Assembly (NCBI GenBank): GCA_965140445.1
Contig: OZ223236.1
Coordinates: forward strand, 2,562,010-2,626,009
Source of the DNA: Candidatus Ozemobacteraceae bacterium
GTDB taxonomy: Bacteria > Muiribacteriota > Ozemobacteria > Ozemobacterales > Ozemobacteraceae
DNA: 64,000 nt
Direction of reading: 5' to 3'
Shown here: positions 18,508 to 27,496 of the stretch, one piece after another
Layout of the letters: every line of letters begins with the position of its first letter
Position numbering within the stretch: position 1 is the first letter of the stretch
The notes under the pieces: generated by a model
Database searches by the model: none
What the model saw: the letters and a program-made list of their open reading frames with translations, nothing else
Told to the model about the DNA's origin: nothing
Position numbers and translations under genes: made by a program

Positions 18508-19356
18508 TTATTTGTTTGGAACCTGCTCAGCATTTTTTAGAGAGTTTGCTTTTGCAAGTTCCTTTATACCTTCTTTGTAATCTTTCTTTTCAGCTAATGT
18601 TTTTTGAGTAATTGGATTTTCCATTCTTAGCAAAAATGCTTTAACTTGCTCGGGGCATGGTTGAAGCTCTGGAATTTTAGTTAAAACAACAGAAAAGATA
18701 AGTGCAGAGGAATAAAGAAGAAAATTTGAGGCATCTTTTATTGGATTAGGTGAAACTCTTTGAATAAGCTTAATAAAAGAAATTAACCAGATTGATGGGA
18801 TAAGCATTCTCAGGAATAGTGCAATAGCGGTGGGAATAAAAAGAGATAGGGTAGGTTTGTCTTCATCCAGGAGTCTTAGAGTTATCAAATCTAAAGTTCT
18901 GTTTGGATATGAAATGTAAATGCGACTCCAGAATGTAAAGCTGGTAGCAGAACAATCTGAAATTAAGAGAAGTGAGTCCAACCTTTCTGGAAGCTGCTCA
19001 GTTAAAAATTTCTTTCTGGCATAAACCATGAACGAATAAGTTGAAAAAAGCTGACACAGAAAAGCTATTAAAAAACCTGTTATGGGGCCAACAATAACTG
19101 CAAAAAAAGCAAATACAAAAATGGTTGGGATTCCAAGAAACAATAGCAGGGAAAGTCCAAAAATAATAAATGGCCATGAATAGATAGGCAAAAATTCTGC
19201 AGACACAGAAATATTAGCTAAAAAAGCTTTTAAGCCCCAGTTGTGTGCCAGTTCCGGATAGGCGAAAAATGCTTGATGGCTGATGGCACCAAGTAGTATT
19301 CCCCCCAAAAGGAAGGCGATCCAACGAATTCTAATTTGCCAGTTGTATGTCCACAT
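18508..19356 (-). CDS. integral membrane protein, function unknown
   Basis: Multiple hydrophobic helices; track start is TTG at 19392, first ATG at 19356; start uncertain. Confidence 0.5.
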   Translation of the reverse strand: MWTYNWQIRIRWIAFLLGGILLGAISHQAFFAYPELAHNWGLKAFLANISVSAEFLPIYSWPFIIFGLSLLLFLGIPTIFVFAFFAVIVGPITGFLIAFLCQLFSTYSFMVYARKKFLTEQLPERLDSLLLISDCSATSFTFWSRIYISYPNRTLDLITLRLLDEDKPTLSLFIPTAIALFLRMLIPSIWLISFIKLIQRVSPNPIKDASNFLLYSSALIFSVVLTKIPELQPCPEQVKAFLLRMENPITQKTLAEKKDYKEGIKELAKANSLKNAEQVPNK

Positions 19357-19532
19357 GGCATGAGAATCTAATCTCAATTGAAGCAAAAGCAAGGAAAATT
19401 TATAAAAATCTAAAATTTTCTCTGTTGTCTGTACAGAATAATTGTGTTACTTTGAAGGAGCAAAGAAAAAACTTCCTCTAATAGAGGATAGGAAGAATAA
19501 ATATAGTCTCTAGGGGAGATAAAATATCAGCT

Positions 19533-19883
19533 ATGTCAGAAGAATTCTCTCTAGCGCACCATGTTGATGGACCAGTATTAGTAATTAGGACCAAGGGCTA
19601 CTTGAACGATCTTGGGGCTGAACAGGTTGATGAGATCTGTTCTGAAAAATTGGAAGACGGTATTAATAAGATTGTAATTAATCTTCAGGAGTCTCCTTTG
19701 ATTAACAGTATCGGAATTTCAATTCTGATAGGTGTAATTGAAGCTATTGAAGAATCTGAAGGCGCACTTGCTTTTACCAACCTGACCCCAACTAACAGGA
19801 AAACCTTTGAAATGATGGGCTTGCTGCAGTTTGCACAGCCTTTTGATGCAGAGGAAGAAGCTGTTAAGCAGTTTAAGGGATAG
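19533..19883 (+). CDS. STAS-domain protein (anti-sigma factor antagonist-like)
   Basis: 116 aa, SpoIIAA-like size and pattern (LVIRTKGYLND...KIVINLQESPLINSIGISIL). Confidence 0.7.
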   Translation: MSEEFSLAHHVDGPVLVIRTKGYLNDLGAEQVDEICSEKLEDGINKIVINLQESPLINSIGISILIGVIEAIEESEGALAFTNLTPTNRKTFEMMGLLQFAQPFDAEEEAVKQFKG

Positions 19884-19889
19884 GGCTAT

Positions 19890-21470
19890 ATGTCAGATCA
19901 ATTGTCCATTCAAGAGCAGAAAATGCAGCAGCAGGTCCTGCGGTATGAGTATGTCTTAGAAGCTCTTAGTGATATCGGTGACGAACTTTGTCGCGTTACA
20001 AGTTTTGATGCCCAATTAAAATCTCTTTTGCATCTACTCCTGGGAACTCTTGGAGTAAGAAAGGGCGGGATTTTTCTTTTTGACGGGTACAAAAGAAAGT
20101 TATCATTGAGATGCGCATGGAAATTGGCCCTCAAAAAGGGCGAATTTGAAGTTGATCATGAAGAAATAGCATCTTTAGAGGACAATCAAGCTGAGCTAAC
20201 CTATAGGGTTAGCGAATTCCCTTTTTTAAAGGATGTTTTAGAATCGTTTAAAGAAGATACTCTTGATTGTATTTCCGTTTTAAAAGTTCGTGAAAAGCTT
20301 ATTGGATTCGTTGTTGTAGGGCATAAGCTTAAAAATGTTGCTCTGACTGACAAGGAAATGACTTTTTTGAAAACCCTTTCAAGAAATATTTCTGTTGCGA
20401 TCAACAACTTTCTACTTCTTTCTGAACTTAGAGAAACTAATGTTCAGCTCGATGAAAAAATTCAGGAAGTAAGTATACTTTACCAGGCGTCTCAGATGAT
20501 TTCATCAGAGCTTCAGCTCCAGGCGCTTCTGGATATGGCTATGAGTGCCATTTCTGAAATTACAGAGATTGAACGCGGTTCAACCTGGCTTTATGAAGAA
20601 GAACATCATGTATTTAATCTGATGAGCCATCTTGGTGATGCTAATGAACTTCCAGGAAGCCTTCAGCTGAGCGATTCTGAAATTCTTCAGCAGGCTATGG
20701 AATGTAAGGAGTCTTTTGACTTCAATCAAGAGCAGACAATTGATAGAACTCTTAAAAGATTAGACGAAAAAGTTTTTGGAAAGGCTTTTATAATTGTTCC
20801 TATTTTGCATCAGGGAGAATTTTTAGGAGTTGTTCATCTTTGTGGTACTCCGCAGGGGAACTGTTTCTCTGAGAGAGATTTAAGATTAATTAAAGTTTTT
20901 GCTGTTCAACTTGGTGCTGCAGTTAAAAATGCTCAACTTTATGAACAGGCCATTACAGATGGCATGACCAAGCTTTATCTGCATAGATATTTCAAGCAGA
21001 GATTGTATGATGAAATGAAGAGAGCAGCTAGATTTAAAAGAAGTTTAGCTTTAATAATGGTTGATATTGATCACTTCAAGCTTCTCAATGATAATTATGG
21101 GCATCAAACTGGTGATGAAGTTCTTAAACACGTTGCTGCTATTTTGCGAAGAGCGGTCAGAACTCATGATTTACCTGTAAGATACGGCGGTGAAGAATTT
21201 GCTCTGGTTTTACCTGAAACAGATATGGGTGGAGCCGTTGCAGTTGCTGAAAGAATAAGACGCTCAATTGAAAATGATTATCTTGAGGTTAGTGGCCAGG
21301 TATTGAAAATTTCTGCAAGCTTTGGCGTTTCAGTTTTCCCAGATAGTGCAGATTGTGCAGAATCAATTATTAAAGCGGCAGATGTTGCTCTTTACTGGTC
21401 TAAAGAACATGGCAGAAATCAGGTAACGGCAGCACCAACAAAGAAAGTTGAAGAAGCTGGGAGCAACTGA
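19890..21470 (+). CDS. GAF-domain diguanylate cyclase (GGDEF)
   Basis: C-terminal domain carries RYGGEEFALVLPETD (GGEEF active site); N-terminal GAF-like region. Confidence 0.85.
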   Translation: MSDQLSIQEQKMQQQVLRYEYVLEALSDIGDELCRVTSFDAQLKSLLHLLLGTLGVRKGGIFLFDGYKRKLSLRCAWKLALKKGEFEVDHEEIASLEDNQAELTYRVSEFPFLKDVLESFKEDTLDCISVLKVREKLIGFVVVGHKLKNVALTDKEMTFLKTLSRNISVAINNFLLLSELRETNVQLDEKIQEVSILYQASQMISSELQLQALLDMAMSAISEITEIERGSTWLYEEEHHVFNLMSHLGDANELPGSLQLSDSEILQQAMECKESFDFNQEQTIDRTLKRLDEKVFGKAFIIVPILHQGEFLGVVHLCGTPQGNCFSERDLRLIKVFAVQLGAAVKNAQLYEQAITDGMTKLYLHRYFKQRLYDEMKRAARFKRSLALIMVDIDHFKLLNDNYGHQTGDEVLKHVAAILRRAVRTHDLPVRYGGEEFALVLPETDMGGAVAVAERIRRSIENDYLEVSGQVLKISASFGVSVFPDSADCAESIIKAADVALYWSKEHGRNQVTAAPTKKVEEAGSN

Positions 21471-21479
21471 TTTTTTTCT

Positions 21480-22157
21480 CTAGCCCTGCTTTTCCAATAA
21501 AAGTATTTTGCTTTTCTTTGGGGTTAGTTCGTTTTTTAATATTTTCCAACCATCATTTTCAAGGGAAGATAATTCTTCATCCTTAAATGGTCTTACCAGC
21601 ATTCCTTTGCGTACGCCTTCTGTAAAAACTATTGAGCCGTCATCTTTAGAAACAGCCCCTTTTTCAGATGCGGAGCTGGCAAAATTGTCTAAAGTCATTA
21701 ATAAAGCCCCACCTGTTTTTAAAACTCGCCTGGCTTCCTGTAATGATAGTTTGAATCCATTTAAATCCAGATGATCAAATAAGTGGTGGGCTAAGATTCC
21801 ATCTACACTAGCAGAAGCTAAAGCCAGTTTCCGAGCATCACAAATAATTGGCAAACCACGTAAGTCTTCTTCAAAGAAATTATTTTTCATTACTCTGATA
21901 GCTTTTTCAGATAAATCAACTCCAATGGTTTTGTAGCCGACTTGTTGGAGGTAAAGACTATTTCTTCCTTCGCCGCAACCAAGGTCAAGAATCACACCAT
22001 TTCTGGGAACAACATTGCAGAGATGTTGAACCAGTTTTGATGAAGGAGCTATCATTCCCTGAAATTTTAAAAATTTATTCCAGGTTTTATTCCAATAATT
22101 TCTTGTTTCCCGCTCTTGTTGATGGTTATCCATTTTTTTTCTCCCCGACAAATTCAA
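21480..22157 (-). CDS. TehB-like SAM-dependent methyltransferase
   Basis: Motif VILDLGCGEGRNSLYLQQVGYKTIGVD closely matches the TehB-family SAM-binding motif; overlaps the 3' end of the upstream phosphatase gene. Confidence 0.7.
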   Translation of the reverse strand: MNLSGRKKMDNHQQERETRNYWNKTWNKFLKFQGMIAPSSKLVQHLCNVVPRNGVILDLGCGEGRNSLYLQQVGYKTIGVDLSEKAIRVMKNNFFEEDLRGLPIICDARKLALASASVDGILAHHLFDHLDLNGFKLSLQEARRVLKTGGALLMTLDNFASSASEKGAVSKDDGSIVFTEGVRKGMLVRPFKDEELSSLENDGWKILKNELTPKKSKILLLEKQG

Positions 22158-24792
22158 CGGAGACAGCTGTTATATCGTCATGCTGATCTGCATGCAATGA
22201 GAATTCATTAATCTCGTTAAGAAGATCCTTAGCTGGTTGCAAGCCTCTGGGTCTCCCGAGAAATCTTTTCAGTCTGCTTTCCCCAAATTCCTCTTCATTA
22301 GCATTTCTTGCTTCTGTAACACCGTCTGTATATAAGAATAACATATCCCCGGTGGTCATTTTAAAAGTTTCAGAATCATAAGAATAATCCTCAATGATTC
22401 CTAGCGGTACACCACGGATGTTTTTTTCATGAATTACCAGTTCATGTCCTCTACCGGAAATAACAAAAGCCGGGTTGTGCCCTGCGCTGGATAATTCTAT
22501 TGAACCTGTCTCAGCGTCAACAATTACATACATTGCTGTTATAAAACGATCGTTTGTAATATTTCTGGCAATGATTTTATTCGCTCTAGATAGAACTTCG
22601 CTTGCGGAAAGGGTGTCTAGATCCATTGTTGACAGAGTTGTTTTAAACACTGTCATGATAATAGCAGCAGGAACGTTTTTCCCTGAAGCATCGGCAATAA
22701 CAATACCCAACTTTTTATTGCCAAGTTCAAAGAAGTCATAATAATCTCCACCAACTTCTCCGGCTGACTTACTGACTTTACTGAGCCGCAAACCATTTAT
22801 TGAGGGTATAGTCTGCGGAAGAAGGTTTTCCTGGATCTCTCTTGCCATATTAAGCTGAGTATCCATCTTCTTTTTCAGGTCATGCTGCTGTAATAGGCCA
22901 TCCGTTTCAATAATAGAGGCTATCTGGCTGGCAATAATCTGGATAAAGAAGATTTCCTGCCAGGACAGTCTGGTTTCTCTATCAAGGTAGTAAACGAATA
23001 AAAGCCCCTTTTCCATTTCTGTTTGATCTGATTCCTGTCCGTTAACAATAAGGGGTTCGGTAACAACACAACCATTTAATCCTCTTTCATACTTTCTTTT
23101 AGCAAGAATCGCATTATCTGAAATGGGAGGAGGTGAGTAAATAGGCTGAAAGAAGCTTGCATCTTCGCTGCCGGTTTTTATTCCTACACTATTTTCGAAA
23201 TACCAACCTGATATTCCAAGATCGGCTGGTAAAGTTTCTTCCAATGATTGTGACTTGTCTACGGGATTCCAGGAAGTAGATTCAAAATAGGTTTGCGCTT
23301 CTTCACTTTTTAAGAACCTTTCGCTAAACTCCGGGTCACCAAGTCTGGAGAGAAAGGTTTTGTCATCACCAGGAGATTTTTGCAAAACCATTACTTTTAC
23401 AATGTCTATGTTTGGGCATTGTGATATTAGCTGTTGAAGAATTAAATTGATGGCCTTTTCAAGTCTTTCGTTTGGATTATCAAGACGCTTTTGAGTTTCG
23501 TGAAGCTCTCTGTAGATCTCATTTAGACTGTGTATTGATTCAAGGTAGTTTCTGTTGACTTCACCTTGAAAATTTAATCTTTCAGCCATAATTTGAAAAG
23601 CGTTGGCCAAGGAATCAATTTCCTGAGTGTTTGATTTGGGAAGGTTTTTTATTTCATTTCCAAGCCTGAAGCTTTCTATTTCTTTATTTAGTTCTTTAAG
23701 TGGTCCACCAAGGCGTTTTGGAATGACGAGATAAATATAAATTCCAAAGACAAGTACAATTAAAAGAAAGATAGATACAATTCGATAATTGCCTTTTGCA
23801 TGAGATTTTAGCTGATCAGAAATTTCATAAATTTTTCCCCAATAAATCTCTGCTTCTCTTGAAGATGCATTGACGCCCTTTTTCCTGAGAGCGCTAAGTT
23901 CTTCGATCATTTTTTGGATGTTGTCTTCGGCTTCAAATAATTCACTTTGAGGGGCTTCAAGAAGGTTTCTAAGTCTAAAGAAAGAGCTGGAAAAAAGCCC
24001 AACTTTACGTTGTATCTGCATTAATACTCTTTTGTGAAGAGGATTCTCACTATCTTTTAAGGAGTTCTCAAGTAAATATTCAATGGCTCTCAATCTTTTT
24101 TCTACTCTTGATGCGGCGCTTTTCGATCTTTTGGTGGTAGGTGTAATTGCTTTTTTCCCTTGATTTAGAGAAATATACAAAGCGACCTCTGTTTCAGCCA
24201 ATAACAGATCCTTTTCGACCTTTTCAATTTTTATCATCAAAGTAGATGTTTGACTTAGACTTGATCTAAATCCAGGATTTCTTAGAGTTTCTTTAAAATC
24301 CTTCATCATTTCTTTAAAACGATTAAGCAGCAGAGTAACTTCTTCCCAGAGACCCTCTGCTGCTTTGGTTCTATTAATGGATTTTTTCTGGATTATATTA
24401 TTCCGTCTTTTTAGTAAAAGTTCGAAATTTTCCAGTTGGCTTGTAAAGCTCCCACAAAGTCTTGCTATGTTTTGAAGACGTTCTTTTCTGTCCTTTTCTA
24501 TGACCAGGTTAGAAAGTTTTTCAAGATATCCATTAAGGACTTCTGTATTTTCAATACTTAGATTTAAAAGTGGGGTAGCTGGGTTTGCTGCGTGACCTTC
24601 AGCAATTTCTGAGATAGTAAACCATTTGTCAGCAAATCGCTCATAGGTTCTTGCAATGGTTATATGTCGCGGAAGCATTCTGGTCACAAAACCCTCGATA
24701 TCCCAAAATGAAATCGAGGAAAGACCAAGGATGATAAGTATTACAGCAAGAACGGCCGCAATACTTAAAGCCAGCTGCCGTTGAAAACTCAT
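22126..24792 (-). CDS. membrane sensor with HAMP domain and PP2C-type (SpoIIE/RsbU-like) serine phosphatase domain
   Basis: 888 aa; N-terminal TM, HAMP-like linker, C-terminal PPM motifs (GDYYDF...IADASGKNVPAA...LYTDGVTEA). Confidence 0.85.
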   Translation of the reverse strand: MSFQRQLALSIAAVLAVILIILGLSSISFWDIEGFVTRMLPRHITIARTYERFADKWFTISEIAEGHAANPATPLLNLSIENTEVLNGYLEKLSNLVIEKDRKERLQNIARLCGSFTSQLENFELLLKRRNNIIQKKSINRTKAAEGLWEEVTLLLNRFKEMMKDFKETLRNPGFRSSLSQTSTLMIKIEKVEKDLLLAETEVALYISLNQGKKAITPTTKRSKSAASRVEKRLRAIEYLLENSLKDSENPLHKRVLMQIQRKVGLFSSSFFRLRNLLEAPQSELFEAEDNIQKMIEELSALRKKGVNASSREAEIYWGKIYEISDQLKSHAKGNYRIVSIFLLIVLVFGIYIYLVIPKRLGGPLKELNKEIESFRLGNEIKNLPKSNTQEIDSLANAFQIMAERLNFQGEVNRNYLESIHSLNEIYRELHETQKRLDNPNERLEKAINLILQQLISQCPNIDIVKVMVLQKSPGDDKTFLSRLGDPEFSERFLKSEEAQTYFESTSWNPVDKSQSLEETLPADLGISGWYFENSVGIKTGSEDASFFQPIYSPPPISDNAILAKRKYERGLNGCVVTEPLIVNGQESDQTEMEKGLLFVYYLDRETRLSWQEIFFIQIIASQIASIIETDGLLQQHDLKKKMDTQLNMAREIQENLLPQTIPSINGLRLSKVSKSAGEVGGDYYDFFELGNKKLGIVIADASGKNVPAAIIMTVFKTTLSTMDLDTLSASEVLSRANKIIARNITNDRFITAMYVIVDAETGSIELSSAGHNPAFVISGRGHELVIHEKNIRGVPLGIIEDYSYDSETFKMTTGDMLFLYTDGVTEARNANEEEFGESRLKRFLGRPRGLQPAKDLLNEINEFSLHADQHDDITAVSVEFVGEKKNG

Positions 24793-24812
24793 TGCAGTTT
24801 TTTCTCCGCGAA

Positions 24813-25898
24813 TTAAACGTTAAATCTGAAATTAATTATATCACCATCTTTAACAGGGTATTCTTTCCCCTCAAGTCTGGCAAGGCCTGCTGCTTTTACT
24901 GCTGCCATTGTGCCTTTAGCAACAAAATCATCGTAGGCAACAACTTCGGCTCTAATAAATCCTCTCTCAATATCAGAATGAATCTTTCCGCCGGCTTTTT
25001 GCGCGATCAGGTTCCGTTGAATTGGCCAGGCGCGAACCTCATCTTCCCCAACGGTTAAAAAGCTTATGTAGTTCAATACTTTGTAAGCTTCTGAAATCAG
25101 TCGGTTTCTTCCAGATTCTTTTATTCCGTATTCTTCAAGGAAAATAGCTTCTTCATCAGGAGAAAGGGATGAAATTTCCATTTCGGTCTTAGCGGAAACC
25201 ATAAGAGGATCCCAACCGCGTTCGGAACAAGCGGCTTTAAACGCTTTTACATCAGCATCGTTTTCATCTGCAAATTGATCATCAGAGCAGTTTCCAATGA
25301 TAAGTAAGGGTTTTTGGGTCAGGAATCTGAAGCCTTTGAGGGAATGAAGTTCATCTTCTGTGAGTTCAACAGTTGATAGGAATTCGTTGTTTTCCAGAAC
25401 TGTTTTTAATCGTTCCATAAGTTCCAGTTCTTTAACAAGTTCTGGTTTTTTTACTGATTTAAGTTCTTTGTTAATTCTTTCAATTTTATTTTGAATAATT
25501 TCCAGATCACTGAAAATAAATTCGAGACAAAGTTCTTCAAGGTCAGCTACCGGATCAATTTTGTTATGAATATGGGGAACATCTTCACCCGGGAAAAGTC
25601 TCAGAACTAACATCAGTGCCTCACAGATTCTAATGTTAGAGAGAATCTTGCTTGCAGATTTGTTTTCATCGTGGCTGATGCCTGGAATATCAGTAAATTC
25701 GACAGTTGCGAATGTGGTTTTTTTGGGCTTAAAAATGGTGGTAAGAAAATCTATTCGAGCATCTGGAACCTTTACGATTCCGTTGTTGATTTCGTCGGTT
25801 TGCACCAGATAATCTCTAGTCTGAGCGTTGCCTCTTGTTGCCATGTTAAAAATGCTTGTTTTTCCAGACATTGGGAGTCCAGCAAGTCCGATTTTCAT
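24813..25898 (-). CDS. ychF: ribosome-binding ATPase YchF
   Basis: G1 motif GLAGLPMSGKTS, C-terminal TGS-like region; AGGAG 7 nt upstream of ATG. Confidence 0.9.
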   Translation of the reverse strand: MKIGLAGLPMSGKTSIFNMATRGNAQTRDYLVQTDEINNGIVKVPDARIDFLTTIFKPKKTTFATVEFTDIPGISHDENKSASKILSNIRICEALMLVLRLFPGEDVPHIHNKIDPVADLEELCLEFIFSDLEIIQNKIERINKELKSVKKPELVKELELMERLKTVLENNEFLSTVELTEDELHSLKGFRFLTQKPLLIIGNCSDDQFADENDADVKAFKAACSERGWDPLMVSAKTEMEISSLSPDEEAIFLEEYGIKESGRNRLISEAYKVLNYISFLTVGEDEVRAWPIQRNLIAQKAGGKIHSDIERGFIRAEVVAYDDFVAKGTMAAVKAAGLARLEGKEYPVKDGDIINFRFNV

Positions 25899-25992
25899 AA
25901 TAAGCTCCTGAATTCTTTTTTTTCAGGGCTTAATATAGCATAGTATGCATTAAATCGCACGTTCCCAAATAAAATGCTGAACAAAAAAAGGT

Positions 25993-26020
25993 AAAAAAAA
26001 GAGCCGAAATTAATCGGCTC
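25993..26020 (-). terminator. intrinsic terminator downstream of nupC-family gene
   Basis: Hairpin GAGCCGA-aattaa-TCGGCTC flanked by A-run (plus) and T-run; functional in both orientations. Confidence 0.55.
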
Positions 26021-26036
26021 TTTTTTCAGATCTGAT

Positions 26037-27362
26037 TTATTCTACTAAGAGTCCTGCAATGTTTGCTGTTAAGAAAGAGGCGAATGTTCCTGCCAGAAGA
26101 GCTCTTGCCCCAAGTTTTGCAAGATCATGACGTCTGTTTGGAGCAATAGCACCAATTCCACCAATCTGGATTCCAATTGAACCAAGGTTGGCGAAACCAC
26201 AAAGGGCGTAGCTCAAGATAACTTTGGTTCTCTCAGTAAGGACCGCTACTTTTCCATTTATAAGTAGGTCGCCGTTGAGGTATTTTCCAAGGTCTGCGTA
26301 TGCAACGAATTCATTCAGAATTGTCTTTTTACCAAGCAATTCGCCAGCAATCTGAAGATCTTGTGTTGGAACTCCAAGCATCCATGCAAATGGTCTTGAA
26401 ATATAGCCAAGAGCAGCTTCTAAAGTGTTGTAAGTGGTAAAGCCAAGTCCATTAGCAATCATGCTGTAGATGTGGTTGCCCATAGCGATCAGCGCCAGGA
26501 AGCCAATTAGCATTGCAGCAACATTGATAGCGAGGGACATTCCTTCTGAACAACCTCTTGCGGCGGCATCGATAACATTCTGGTCAACAGATTCAAGTTT
26601 CAACTCGCAAGACTTTGCTGTCTCTGCTACTTCTGTTTCGGGGACAAGAATTTTGGCAAAAACCAGGGCTGCAGGAGCAGACATAACCGATGCGGCAATC
26701 AGATGGCCCGCAATCGAAGGGAAATGCGCTGAAAGCATACTTACATAACCGGCCATTACTCCACCTGCGATAGTTGCCATTCCACCTGACATGATGCATG
26801 CCAGTTCGGATTGGGTCATTTTATCTACATAAGGCTTGATAACCAGTGGGGCCTCTGTCTGGCCTACAAAAATGTTTGCAGCTGCACTAAGGGATTCTGC
26901 TCCGGATGTTTTCATGGTTTTCTGCATAAGAAGTGCAACCCAATAAACCAGTTTCTGCATAATGCCTATGTGGTAAAGAATTGCCATAAAGGCAGAGAAG
27001 AAAATAATTGTTGGTAATACTTTAAAACCGAAGAAAGCTCCTGTATGAGCTACAAATGATAAGCCTGAAAGGCTTTCGGGAACAGTGCCATTAATGGTTA
27101 CTGGAACAGTGTGATTAATCAAACCACCAAAAACAAAACCAGCACCTTGGTCTGAGAAGTTCAACATCGTTGTGACAGCTGTGTTTAAGAATTTAAACAG
27201 ATCTTTGCCTGCATCTGTTTTAAGGATAAGGAATGCAAAAACAAGTTGAAGCCCTATTCCCCATGCGACAAGTCGCCAATCAATTTTTTTTCGATTTGTT
27301 GAAAATGCATAACAAATGCCGATCTGTATTGGAATCCCAATTAAACTAATAAATTTTTCCAT
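26037..27362 (-). CDS. concentrative nucleoside transporter (NupC family)
   Basis: 441-aa polytopic membrane protein with NupC/CNT-like sequence pattern; ATG with GAGGAG upstream. Confidence 0.8.
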   Translation of the reverse strand: MEKFISLIGIPIQIGICYAFSTNRKKIDWRLVAWGIGLQLVFAFLILKTDAGKDLFKFLNTAVTTMLNFSDQGAGFVFGGLINHTVPVTINGTVPESLSGLSFVAHTGAFFGFKVLPTIIFFSAFMAILYHIGIMQKLVYWVALLMQKTMKTSGAESLSAAANIFVGQTEAPLVIKPYVDKMTQSELACIMSGGMATIAGGVMAGYVSMLSAHFPSIAGHLIAASVMSAPAALVFAKILVPETEVAETAKSCELKLESVDQNVIDAAARGCSEGMSLAINVAAMLIGFLALIAMGNHIYSMIANGLGFTTYNTLEAALGYISRPFAWMLGVPTQDLQIAGELLGKKTILNEFVAYADLGKYLNGDLLINGKVAVLTERTKVILSYALCGFANLGSIGIQIGGIGAIAPNRRHDLAKLGARALLAGTFASFLTANIAGLLVE

Positions 27363-27496
27363 TCCCTGTGTACTCCTCTATAATCTATTGGACGCAATAA
27401 TACCATATTTGGGCGAAAAAATCAGAAATTCTTGCCAAACAAAAAAGTAATGCGTTAAAGATTAGTTTTAACAGGGTTAAGATTTGATATTAATGG

